The position numbers and the translations under genes were made by a program. From the IMG/VR virus record IMGVR_UViG_3300046820_001014, positions 24,420 to 88,419 of that record: 64,000 nt of DNA. The stretch is one strand, 5' to 3'. The first letter of the stretch is position 1. Every line of letters starts with the position of its first letter. The DNA is from a virus. The notes under the pieces are model-generated. The model was not told where the DNA came from. It did not search any database and was given only the letters and a program-made list of their open reading frames with translations. Below are positions 30,271 through 39,900 of the stretch, in pieces.

Positions 30271-30932
30271 GTCAAACCATTAAAAGTATGAAAGAAAGGT
30301 ACTTCTCTAATCTCTTCACCAATATCTTCAATATGTTTCTGATTAGCAAGATAATTACATAAGAGTGCTACAGCTTGAGTTGCTACCATAGCTGCATAAT
30401 GTCCTGTCTGCTTGTAGCTACAAGGTAAATCAGGTATCTCATCATCTCTTCTCAAAGAATCAAGATACATCTGTACATGTTCTTCCTTATGTACACAGAA
30501 TATTTGAAACTCTTCTGCTTGCAATCTGGTATCTATAAAGATTTTTCTATCTTCTGTCTTACACCACTCCTCAAACATAAGTTTTCTAGCTTCCATATTG
30601 TCAAACATAGCAAAGCAGTAAGGAGTTACCTCACAACCTTCTTCATATTTACCAAGATCATCTAAGATACCATTAGAATATTCTTTAATCATAACAGCAA
30701 CTGCTGCAGCTTTAGGTTTACCTAAATCATCATACCTAAAGAATTGACAATCTAAATTTACATCCTCTACAGTATCCATCTCATAAGCAATTAAATGATG
30801 CCTAAGTCTGGATAGAAAGAAAGCTACATAAGCACCTACACCACCAAGTCCCCCTAGAATAATTTCTAGGGGTTTTTCTGTTACAAATGGTGCTGCTGAG
30901 AATCTACTAAATTCTAAACGATTATACCTCAT
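30261..30932 (-). CDS. ThiF/E1-like ubiquitin-activating enzyme
   Basis: SRFS, GLGGVG nucleotide-binding loop, DTVEDVNL..Q, KPKA, FDNMEARK, IDTRL, and candidate catalytic Cys in PCSYKQT. Confidence 0.88.
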   Translation of the reverse strand: MRYNRLEFSRFSAAPFVTEKPLEIILGGLGGVGAYVAFFLSRLRHHLIAYEMDTVEDVNLDCQFFRYDDLGKPKAAAVAVMIKEYSNGILDDLGKYEEGCEVTPYCFAMFDNMEARKLMFEEWCKTEDRKIFIDTRLQAEEFQIFCVHKEEHVQMYLDSLRRDDEIPDLPCSYKQTGHYAAMVATQAVALLCNYLANQKHIEDIGEEIREVPFFHTFNGLTWQ

Positions 30933-31950
30933 TGCTTAAAAGATATTCTTGCCACTCCTTATCAGTCATTCTGGAAATATCTTTAACAGGTTTACTACTT
31001 CCAAAGGTAACTTCCTCAAAATCATCTTTAAGATCATCTAGAAGAGAATAGATAGCACCTAAACCATCAACAATAAGAGTCTTATGTTTATGTTTACTAT
31101 CAACATCATCAATAAAGTTAATTAATTGAAAGAGAGAAGCTTTAGTAGCAATATCTTTACCTTGCTCTACATGATCTATGCAAAGTTTTTCTACCTGATC
31201 TAGGTATACCTCAACATCTTCTGGAGTTCTAATCTCATCCAGAGCTTCTTTTAAAGACCTAAACTTAAAATTAATAGTACCAATAGAGTACTTAGTAATA
31301 GGAGAAACTTTATAGTGGGGAGTATAAAAAGGTAAATGAGTTTGGGCATTAACAACTTTAGTAGCTTCTTTAGCTTTAAAGATTGTATCAAACTCTTCTT
31401 GAAAATCACTACCATTTGCACCAGAGATACTTACAGGTAAAGAAAACTCCATAATAATTTTACCATCAGTAATATCTTTAGATGTATAGTTACTATCCAT
31501 ACCTCTAACACCTACAGTTTGAATAATCATATCAGTAGCAATCCTAGCATTAAAATCTAATTTATTATTAACAATAACAGATAGATGAAAAGGAAAGTTA
31601 CTTATATTATCATATAGATGTTTATCATCTACACCTGATGGGCTTACACCCATATTATGATGAGAGTGAATACTGAAAAACATTACAGGCCACTTCTCTG
31701 AGTTATCCTCAAAATAATCAGCTAATGTTGATCCCCAATCATATTCTGTGTAACCAGAAGTACCTACATCTTTAAGTATCAAATCTATTACATGTAGTTG
31801 TAGAGTATCATCATAGATATCTCCCTCAACCTTCATGACACCTACTCCACTCCACTCTATATTAGAGCACCTGGAATTGAAATACTTGATTTTCTCCAAC
31901 ACTCTGTTCTCCAGAGTTATTGGATTCTTTAGATTTTTTTTTATAATCAT
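30922..31950 (-). CDS. JAB/MPN+ metallo-isopeptidase
   Basis: EWSG followed by IHSHHNMGVSPSGVD, the JAMM E...HxH...S..D motif. Confidence 0.88.
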   Translation of the reverse strand: MIIKKNLKNPITLENRVLEKIKYFNSRCSNIEWSGVGVMKVEGDIYDDTLQLHVIDLILKDVGTSGYTEYDWGSTLADYFEDNSEKWPVMFFSIHSHHNMGVSPSGVDDKHLYDNISNFPFHLSVIVNNKLDFNARIATDMIIQTVGVRGMDSNYTSKDITDGKIIMEFSLPVSISGANGSDFQEEFDTIFKAKEATKVVNAQTHLPFYTPHYKVSPITKYSIGTINFKFRSLKEALDEIRTPEDVEVYLDQVEKLCIDHVEQGKDIATKASLFQLINFIDDVDSKHKHKTLIVDGLGAIYSLLDDLKDDFEEVTFGSSKPVKDISRMTDKEWQEYLLSNEV

Positions 31951-32992
31951 TGTAAATTTTATTTATTAAGTCTTCTTTAGCATAATTATTCATAAAATAC
32001 TGCAACCAATCATCAATATCAGTGTAAAGTACTCTTGAGTTTTTATATATTGTAGTATGTTTTTTATGTTTAATGTGTCTACAATCAAACATTACATGAC
32101 TTGAGAGTTTCTCTAATTTATCTTGTTTAATAGTATTATCCTCAGAAAACAAATGAAAATAATCTTTCTTAAGATCAGAACTATTAAGGTTAAGTTTAAC
32201 TTCATTCTTAAGTACAGAAATAGAGATATACTTATGAATATTATTTAATAGTTCTTCATTATTAAAGATAATACTCTGAAATTCTGATTTTGATAAATTT
32301 TTACCTTTATTTAACTTATCTAAAGCATAATAATGATCACCATGTTCTGTCTTTTGAGAAACAGTTCTATAGAAATTTACCCAAAATATATCAGCATCAT
32401 TCTCATCAAATGTATCATGATCATAATGCAAATTAGTAAGAGACATTGATAGTGGAGAAGATCCCATACAAAAAGAACTAAAATCACTACTTAAGTGAGG
32501 ATGTATAAATTTAGGATTATTAATATCTACAGTAGTTCTAAAACCTCTTAGAGAAACAGTATCTATATAAAAATACATATCTCTAAGCTCAATAGGATTT
32601 CTACCAGTATTAACTTCTTGTAACATTATTTTTGGAAAATGAAATCCTAGATAATAATTTCCACTAACAGTAATTAATCCTATTTTACAAACACTCTCAT
32701 CATATAACTCAGAAGCTTTAAGCTTTCTATATTTCTGTATAAGACTAAGTTGAGTGTGATCTAGAGCATTTTTATTAAAGTTACTTAAGTTTGTAAAAAA
32801 ACTAGTATCTCTACCATTAATTTTCTCATTAAGACTTGTAAAACCTAATGAGTAATACTCATAAATCCTCCACTTATTATATTGTTTGGTATACTCCTCA
32901 ACATCAATATCTAAACTGAAAATAGGTCTAAGAGCTCGGGGCCTCCTAAGAAGCCCCTTAATCTCTTTAAACTTATTACTTCTGAGTTGCAT
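31862..32992 (-). CDS. Prokaryotic E2-like (UBC-fold) protein candidate
   Basis: FHFPKI...FRTT...FIHPHLSSDFSSFCMG resembles the HPH/HPN...C-x-G E2 active site. Located between the Ubl and JAB genes. Confidence 0.62.
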   Translation of the reverse strand: MQLRSNKFKEIKGLLRRPRALRPIFSLDIDVEEYTKQYNKWRIYEYYSLGFTSLNEKINGRDTSFFTNLSNFNKNALDHTQLSLIQKYRKLKASELYDESVCKIGLITVSGNYYLGFHFPKIMLQEVNTGRNPIELRDMYFYIDTVSLRGFRTTVDINNPKFIHPHLSSDFSSFCMGSSPLSMSLTNLHYDHDTFDENDADIFWVNFYRTVSQKTEHGDHYYALDKLNKGKNLSKSEFQSIIFNNEELLNNIHKYISISVLKNEVKLNLNSSDLKKDYFHLFSEDNTIKQDKLEKLSSHVMFDCRHIKHKKHTTIYKNSRVLYTDIDDWLQYFMNNYAKEDLINKIYNDYKKKSKESNNSGEQSVGENQVFQFQVL

Positions 32993-33509
32993 ATTTAGCC
33001 TCAGCTAAAACTCTCTCATTGAATTGTGTAGCATTAGAAGTATTTCTAATACCTAGTGCATACTCAACCTCAAATAGTCTTGCCTCAAGAACAGAACTAT
33101 CAAATTGTCCTGTTGTTCTCCTTTGTAGTGTTTGCAAAACATCCTCAAGTTTTGCCTTCATTTGAGCTAGAGAATCATGAGTATAATTACCAATAATATC
33201 AATGATTACCTCATCATCATTGGTTACAGCATCAAGTCTGTACTGCTTAAGAGCAGCTCTAACTTCATGATACTCAGCCATTGCAGCCTTCATATCCTTA
33301 GGAGAGATAAATACTTTAAGGTTACCTTCTGGAAGAGCAGCATCAGCATGCTCTAGAGAGTAAAGAGCCTTACCAACAGTAACTGTCTTGTTACTGAAAT
33401 CTACTGCAGGAAGAGCAGCTACTAGTTGAGAGAAGGTAGATACACCAGCTTCTACCTCAAATTGATTAACCTGTGAATTGTTTGTTGTTACAACAGTTAC
33501 TTTACGCAT
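32976..33509 (-). CDS. Ubiquitin-like (beta-grasp) domain fused to a helical C-terminal extension
   Basis: The first ~76 aa show a beta-beta-alpha-beta pattern (RKVTVVT, QFEVE, TFSQLVAAL, TVTVG, LPEGNLKVFISP). First gene of the E2-JAB-E1 cluster. Confidence 0.6.
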   Translation of the reverse strand: MRKVTVVTTNNSQVNQFEVEAGVSTFSQLVAALPAVDFSNKTVTVGKALYSLEHADAALPEGNLKVFISPKDMKAAMAEYHEVRAALKQYRLDAVTNDDEVIIDIIGNYTHDSLAQMKAKLEDVLQTLQRRTTGQFDSSVLEARLFEVEYALGIRNTSNATQFNERVLAEAKYATQK

Positions 33510-33520
33510 AACTTTAAGTT

Positions 33521-34477
33521 TTATAAAATTGAATTTAACAAATCCTCTATATATTCATGCCCGAGGATCTTATAGGCATCAGAGAAATCTTTAATCCCCA
33601 TTTCTCTGTATTCTTTAGGGAATAATAATACTGGAATATTGAATTTCTTTCTTATAAGTATAGCAGCTTTTTTACCAGCATTATCATTGTCTGCAAGATA
33701 CAAACAATTATACTTATTTACAAGCCATGCTGGAGGGAGAACACTCTCCCCCTGCATAGCTACAGCTTGTATACCAAATAATGATAAACATACTACATCC
33801 TTATAACTCTTAGTTATTACTAATAGTTTAGGATCATTAATATATTCTATACCTTGTATACTTTTACTATTACTTATAAATCTATACTGTTTTCTCTCAG
33901 GAAAATAAGCTTTAACAGATGTGTCTGAGAATATGTATAAGAAACACATTTCCTCACCTCTAATGCAATTGACAAAGTTTCCTTCATTGTTTTTTACATA
34001 TAAATGCTTGCATGAGTGTATATTGAATTTCTGTAAAACCTCTAAGCCTATACCATATTGTTGCCAGTATTCTAACTCCTTATTAGAGAACTCTTTAAAG
34101 TTAACTCTTATTTCTGCACTTTTCTTCTTATCCACAAAGCTCAATCTTGCAATCTGTGTTTTATTATTTTTGTTATTTAATAAATGATAAGGAATAGTGC
34201 TCTTTAAAGTATTATAAATATCCAACAGTGCTTCTTGGTAACTAAGTTTCTTTAGATACATAACAAAAGATATTGCGTCTCCACAAAACTCTCCTGGTCT
34301 GTTATCATAATAACGTAGTATGTTACCATAATATTGAAATGCACATGTTGGAGACTTATCTCTCCTCAAAGGACTTATAAAGTTACCTTTAACTACTGGA
34401 ACGCCATAAGCTTCAAATATACTTTCCTGTGAAAAGGTTTTATAAACATAGTCCCTACTTAAATTAGAGACATACAT
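33521..34477 (-). CDS. dnaG: DNA primase (Zn-binding-like domain + Toprim)
   Basis: SPLRRDKSPTC, ITKSYKDV, ADNDNAG and KDFSD; crAss-like primase pattern. Confidence 0.85.
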   Translation of the reverse strand: MYVSNLSRDYVYKTFSQESIFEAYGVPVVKGNFISPLRRDKSPTCAFQYYGNILRYYDNRPGEFCGDAISFVMYLKKLSYQEALLDIYNTLKSTIPYHLLNNKNNKTQIARLSFVDKKKSAEIRVNFKEFSNKELEYWQQYGIGLEVLQKFNIHSCKHLYVKNNEGNFVNCIRGEEMCFLYIFSDTSVKAYFPERKQYRFISNSKSIQGIEYINDPKLLVITKSYKDVVCLSLFGIQAVAMQGESVLPPAWLVNKYNCLYLADNDNAGKKAAILIRKKFNIPVLLFPKEYREMGIKDFSDAYKILGHEYIEDLLNSIL

Positions 34478-34480
34478 TTA

Positions 34481-35065
34481 TTAAAATGGCAAGTCGTCTG
34501 CTCCAGTAGGAGCACTAGTAAAGTCAGCACTTACTTCAGGCTTAACTACTACATCAGTAGGAGTAACATTTAGCTTATCACTATTAGGAGCAGCAATGTA
34601 ACCACTCTTTGCAAATTCCAGATATCCAGATTTGCCATAGACAAGCTTAACATCAGCAGTCTTATCACTACCTACTGCAGTCACAAAGTTCTTGCAGAAC
34701 TCATTGTAGTTTTTACCCTCTACTACTACATCACCAATAACAGCAGTCAATACTGTTTTGGTATCTCTAATAAAGCCCATCATCTCAAGTGCATTAGAAA
34801 CTTCATCAGTCATTTCTACACCTTTCTGACCTTTAACACCATTAAACTCAAAGTTAAATGGACAAGCTCTACCCATTGGGTTACCAGCTTGTTTAGGTTC
34901 CCACATAATTTTCTTAATGTTGCTATCAACAATTCTAAGAGACAAGACAGGATCACCAGAACCATCTTTTCTAAGAGGTTCAAAAATAGCTTCTACAGGT
35001 ACATTAACATTGATACCTGGTTTTACTGAAGCAGCAGGGGCTTTTACACTATTAGTATTAAACAT
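34481..35065 (-). CDS. Putative ssDNA-binding protein
   Basis: Acidic C-terminal DDLPF tail; lies between the ATPase and primase genes. Confidence 0.6.
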   Translation of the reverse strand: MFNTNSVKAPAASVKPGINVNVPVEAIFEPLRKDGSGDPVLSLRIVDSNIKKIMWEPKQAGNPMGRACPFNFEFNGVKGQKGVEMTDEVSNALEMMGFIRDTKTVLTAVIGDVVVEGKNYNEFCKNFVTAVGSDKTADVKLVYGKSGYLEFAKSGYIAAPNSDKLNVTPTDVVVKPEVSADFTSAPTGADDLPF

Positions 35066-35082
35066 ATTTTTTATTTATTTTA

Positions 35083-35514
35083 TTAAAAGTTAACTTGATA
35101 AGCATTTTCTGCAATAGGACCTTCTGTATGAGGCTCTAGTACTTCTACTTCTTCCTCTACTTCCTCTTCTTGAGGAGTAATGGCTACAAATTTATAGAAT
35201 TTACCACTCTCATTATTCTCAAATACCTCTAACTTAAAGGTATTTCCTACAGATGTAAGATACTGACAAAGAGTAGGATTAGAGAAAGTTTTACTCTTAT
35301 TTTCTCCTCTAGCAGTCTTCTTATAGAACTGACCATTAGGAGAGATTAATAGCAGATATGTATCATTACTCTTACCAAAGGTAAGTTCATTGTTCTGCAT
35401 ATTATTTAATCCAAAGAATGTTTGAGAGAACTCAAGTCTATCATTCTTAATGCGAAGATCCCAATTCTGTGTGGTATTCCTCTTTCTTGTTGTGGTTGCA
35501 ATTACTTGAAACAT
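35083..35514 (-). CDS. Hypothetical protein
   Basis: 143 aa with an acidic tail. Confidence 0.6.
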   Translation of the reverse strand: MFQVIATTTRKRNTTQNWDLRIKNDRLEFSQTFFGLNNMQNNELTFGKSNDTYLLLISPNGQFYKKTARGENKSKTFSNPTLCQYLTSVGNTFKLEVFENNESGKFYKFVAITPQEEEVEEEVEVLEPHTEGPIAENAYQVNF

Positions 35515-35534
35515 AAGTTTTTTGTTTTTAAATT

Positions 35535-36218
35535 TTACTTGTTATAAATTTCTATTTGTTTAATGATTTCATTTAAATCATTAGGGATTTCAATAGTATT
35601 GAAAAGTCCCATCGGAGATTTAGCAGTATTGTTGCCATCATTTTGAGTAACAAAAACATATTCTAAACTTCCATCATCTTTTTTGTACACTTTTGTATAC
35701 AGAACAATAGAATATAAACCTTCTAAAGTTACATACTGAGTAAACATTTTACCGATAGTTTTAGCTTGAACTACCTGTTTACCAAATTCATCTTTATCTA
35801 CTTCTATATGATTGTTAACAACAACATATAAATCATCTCTTAGATTTTTAAGAGAATCTGCTAATTTAAAAGCATTCTGAGAAATATCCAGAAATTTTTG
35901 AAAACCTGTTTCTTTAGCTCTCTTCATATACTCATTAGCCATAAGATATTGATTATCATCTATAATAATAACCTTTATCTCAGGTCTTTTAGTATTAATA
36001 TGCTCTAAAATATTCATTATAGTAGCATAATTATCAGATGATAACATATTACCTGTAGGGTTTTCTTTACTTATCTCAGTATAAACACTCTTCCAACCCT
36101 TAAAAGGAAGAGGTTTTTTAGCTACATTTATTATAAATGTAGATTTAGGACTTAAGTTCCTAGCAGCAGTACTTTTACCTGTACCACTTTGTCCTAATAT
36201 TAGCATTCCTATTGCCAT
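35535..36218 (-). CDS. AAA_24/Sak4-like ATPase (recombination)
   Basis: GQSGTGKS, IIDDNQY, KTIGK, EGLYSIVL and TAKSPMGLF. Confidence 0.82.
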   Translation of the reverse strand: MAIGMLILGQSGTGKSTAARNLSPKSTFIINVAKKPLPFKGWKSVYTEISKENPTGNMLSSDNYATIMNILEHINTKRPEIKVIIIDDNQYLMANEYMKRAKETGFQKFLDISQNAFKLADSLKNLRDDLYVVVNNHIEVDKDEFGKQVVQAKTIGKMFTQYVTLEGLYSIVLYTKVYKKDDGSLEYVFVTQNDGNNTAKSPMGLFNTIEIPNDLNEIIKQIEIYNK

Positions 36219-36848
36219 TTATTCTTTATATTTAAAAATCCATTTGTTTTCATAATTACTTTTAACTCTTTTTTCTAATCTTGGTTTAATTTTATTTAAA
36301 CTGATATTTAATTTTAAAGAACATTCTTTAATAGAGTCAAACTCATAAATAATATTATCTTCTAGATCTGTAACAATAATAGCTCTTTTATTATTTTCAG
36401 CCATTACCTTACATCTTTCAGATATAATATTTATAAATTCAATATTTTCTTTCAAAGATTTAGATTGAGCTTTTCTATGAGATTCTGGTTTATTAGCTAA
36501 ATATACCTCTAGCTTTTTTCTTCTATCTGCTCCCCAAGTTACTCCTAAAGTATTACCTGCTGTTTTGCAAATATCATAACCAAAATTATCATCATAAGAC
36601 TTCCATAAATCTTTATAATATTGTTCTCTTATTAAACAATCCTCTGAGTTGCAAAACTCTACTATTTCAAACTTAAAATTACTTTCACCATATTTGTTAA
36701 AAGCATTTTGTAAATGAGTACTAGTATGTTTGTTTAATCTTAATCTATAAAGATGTTCCCACAATCTTCTTTTAATAGTCCTTGTTGAACTTCCAACATA
36801 AACTTTACCATCTAGCAAATTTAATATTTTATAAACTCCTGACAACAT
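36219..36848 (-). mobile_element. Free-standing GIY-YIG homing endonuclease gene
   Basis: GVYKI...VYVGSS...RRLWEH...LQNAFNKYG...REQYY...GYD, with a C-terminal NUMOD1-like segment. Confidence 0.88.
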
Positions 36849-36930
36849 ATTTTTAATACATTCTTGAATATAATGTACTTATTATACGTTTAAACAGGTA
36901 AGATTAAATTTTACTTTTTGGAAGTTTCAT

Positions 36931-37170
36931 TTATAACTTTAATTTTAAAATACTTTCTTTATTTACTTGTGCAGCTACATCATCGTCCCTCATAACATCT
37001 GTATAATCAAATATTTCATCAGAAGTTAAATCAACATATTCTACATAAGCATTATCAGCAGCATCTTGTATACCTGTATTATAAGCTCGTTTAAGCAAAT
37101 CAAGAATTAATGCATGTTCCCAAAAATCATGCTTACCAAGTTCTTCTATTATTTTTTTTATTTCTCTCAT
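36931..37170 (-). CDS. Hypothetical protein
   Basis: 79 aa ending in VNKESIL. Confidence 0.6.
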   Translation of the reverse strand: MREIKKIIEELGKHDFWEHALILDLLKRAYNTGIQDAADNAYVEYVDLTSDEIFDYTDVMRDDDVAAQVNKESILKLKL

Positions 37171-37427
37171 AATGAAGCTAATAAATCTTCTTTAGTTTTA
37201 AATAAAGCAATTGGTAAAACTGTGACTTGTTGTTGGCCTACTATTTGTACACAATATTCTATTTTATTACCCCAATCACATAAATTATTAGATCTACATA
37301 TTCTAACTCCATTAATATCACCAACATTAGGTTTATTATTATACATAAACCAAACTCTATCATCTATATTATATTTTGTTTCTATTGTCATAAGTTGTTG
37401 TAAATTACTTGCATTATTGTTTTTCAT
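37167..37427 (-). CDS. Hypothetical protein
   Basis: TKYNI.D.VW...F.TKE.L pattern. Confidence 0.6.
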   Translation of the reverse strand: MKNNNASNLQQLMTIETKYNIDDRVWFMYNNKPNVGDINGVRICRSNNLCDWGNKIEYCVQIVGQQQVTVLPIALFKTKEDLLASL

Positions 37428-38091
37428 AATACCATTTAAAATTTTTACACGTTTGTCTGTTATTTACATTCTTACAACATCTCGAAATATTAGTTGAATC
37501 TATGTTAAAAAATCTAGCTGCTTCTCTGGTGCTTTCCCATTCTTTAATAAAGTTACCTTCTAAATCATATTGATAAACTTTTTTACTCTTTACTTCTGCT
37601 AATCTTTGCATAGTAAATTCAGAAGGTTTATTTCCTTTATTAGCTTTAGATATTTTATCCTTAGTTTCTTGAGATTTACGTCTACCAGATTTTATAAAAC
37701 CACAAGCAATTAATTCTTCTGTAGTTCTTGTTTTTCTAGGAGAAGTAATATGTGACATACTAATTTTCTTCTTTGTTTCCTCTGACACTTTTAAACCACT
37801 GTTATTCTCAGCTATTTTTCTAATGTTATATTGAGGATTCAAAGAGTCTAAATAATATTGTTCTCTCTCAATTAATATTTCTTTGCTACACTCTTCAATT
37901 ATCTCAAAAATAAAACTTTCTTCTTTATGTTTATTCCAAGATACTTGAATATGTTTATTCCGATGTTTGTTATTTCTTAACAAATGTTTATGAAGTGTTA
38001 CTCTTTTTCTATAATTAAAAGCACTTCCTATGTAAATTTTATTATTTACAGTATTTGTTATTTTATAAATAACAGTAATATTTAAATTCAT
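37414..38091 (-). mobile_element. Free-standing GIY-YIG homing endonuclease gene with NUMOD3/NUMOD1 repeats
   Basis: VIYKI...IYIGSA...R...H, REQYYLD, SEETKKKIS, SQETKDKIS and VYQYDLEGNFIKEWES. Confidence 0.9.
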
Positions 38092-38130
38092 ATAATCATT
38101 TTTACTGATTTATACGATTTAAATAGAAAC

Positions 38131-39192
38131 TCAATTGCAGACTGTTATAGGAGGCAACTCATAAAAATGATTAACAGCACCATTGAAAAACAAATTAACA
38201 TTCTTAAAACCTGATCCTTGTCTATTCAAAGAAATAGAGAGTTCTCTATGATTATCTTTTAGTTTTGTTAAATCATAACCAGACCAACTTTTAATCTCAT
38301 GTCTATATGGAGCAAAGAGACCAATTAAATAGTTAACATCTCTACCAGTAAGTTTGCTATCTCCTAAACCATCTGGTGATGGTCTAAGTTTTTGTTCTAT
38401 TAAACCACCTCCTTTAGTAAATTCTAAGTTTTCTTTAGCAGCAGCTTGTTGCTGTACTCCTACTATATGTGCTTTAAATTTATCTCTAAGAGTAAGTGCA
38501 TAATCAGAACTAAACTTTTCCATAGCATCCTTCAATGTTCCTCCTTTTTCTGGAGTAAGAAGATTATAGTTATCTATAATAATAATTGTATAAAGATCAG
38601 GATCAGTAGGTTCATAAAAATCCATAATCTTATGTTCCTCATTTCCAATCATTATAGTTTTATAATGAATAGTACCATTCTTCTCAAACCAATCTCTGCA
38701 ATATTTATAAATTCCAAAAGGATTCCTAATAGAGTCAATAATAGTAACAGTATCTTCAAACACTTCTATCTTTTCTTTAATCTCTTTAACTTTACCTAAC
38801 ACTTCATCTGTTAAAATATAGCTTTGAAATTTACTTTCAAGATTTTGAGAGTCTATGACTATACCATAATCTGTAAATAATCTATTAGAAATAATACTTA
38901 AGAGTTTTGCACTTTTAGATATTTCTAAACTAAAGTACAATATTTTAATTTTAATATTACTTTCATTTTGCGAAATAAACTTATAAGGTTGATACATATA
39001 CATAAAATCAGCTATCTGAGTTTTACCAACTTTACTAGAAGCTGTTACTATAGTGTATCTTTCTTTCTCTATTCCAGGAATAACTGTACTAAACTTTGGT
39101 AAATCTACCCAAGGAATACATGTATAAAGACCATTTTCTCTTAGAAGTTTATTTTTCTCAATATCTACATAAACTCTTTCAAAAATACTCAT
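38131..39192 (-). CDS. dnaB: Replicative DnaB-like helicase
   Basis: ASSKVGKT, YFSLE, IIIDN, VQQQ and GLFAP; crAss-like DnaB pattern. Confidence 0.82.
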   Translation of the reverse strand: MSIFERVYVDIEKNKLLRENGLYTCIPWVDLPKFSTVIPGIEKERYTIVTASSKVGKTQIADFMYMYQPYKFISQNESNIKIKILYFSLEISKSAKLLSIISNRLFTDYGIVIDSQNLESKFQSYILTDEVLGKVKEIKEKIEVFEDTVTIIDSIRNPFGIYKYCRDWFEKNGTIHYKTIMIGNEEHKIMDFYEPTDPDLYTIIIIDNYNLLTPEKGGTLKDAMEKFSSDYALTLRDKFKAHIVGVQQQAAAKENLEFTKGGGLIEQKLRPSPDGLGDSKLTGRDVNYLIGLFAPYRHEIKSWSGYDLTKLKDNHRELSISLNRQGSGFKNVNLFFNGAVNHFYELPPITVCN

Positions 39193-39851
39193 TATAAAGT
39201 TTCTGATAAATTTGATTTTAACTCAGTCATTTCTAACTTTTCCCACAATTTAGCTTTGATGAAGTTTTCTATCTTCATATTAATGTTACTATAATTAGCT
39301 TTAAGTTTGGCAATTACCTCATTATGAAGATTAATATCCCTCTTAATATTCTTAGCATACAAGATAGACATTAGATTTCTATCTGCAGCAGTAAGAAATG
39401 CTTGTTTACCATCAATAATAATAAAAGCTGGATAAGCCTCATATAACTCATCAATGTGCTTATCTACCTCAAAGAAAAGTTCTTTAGCAAGTTTCTCAGT
39501 AACCTCAAAGTAATCCAATTGGAATGTACTCTTAGTACTAGGAATTACTTGCTCAATAAGACCTCTCTCTGCAAGGGAAATTACCATCTCAGCATTAATG
39601 GCTCTCTTAGCTCTATTACCATTAACAAGTACATTCTCCTTAACACCATACTTAGAAGTTAAGGTTACTTTTTGACCAATTAAATTATCAGTAGATGAGG
39701 TAGGTCTAACCTCATTCTCCTTTGGTGTAAAGTTACTGTACTTGTACACCAAATCAAATCTCTTATTATAAATTAATAAGAGATACATTAATTCTTCGCC
39801 AGATACATCATATCTAACAAGAATATCAACCCACTTTTCTAAATCTAGCAT
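39192..39851 (-). CDS. Hypothetical replication-associated protein
   Basis: Lies between the two helicases; EL...YP motif. Confidence 0.55.
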   Translation of the reverse strand: MLDLEKWVDILVRYDVSGEELMYLLLIYNKRFDLVYKYSNFTPKENEVRPTSSTDNLIGQKVTLTSKYGVKENVLVNGNRAKRAINAEMVISLAERGLIEQVIPSTKSTFQLDYFEVTEKLAKELFFEVDKHIDELYEAYPAFIIIDGKQAFLTAADRNLMSILYAKNIKRDINLHNEVIAKLKANYSNINMKIENFIKAKLWEKLEMTELKSNLSETL

Positions 39852-39900
39852 GTCTTTTATTTATGTTTTAAAACTCTTTCCCCTCTATCTATAAAAGACT

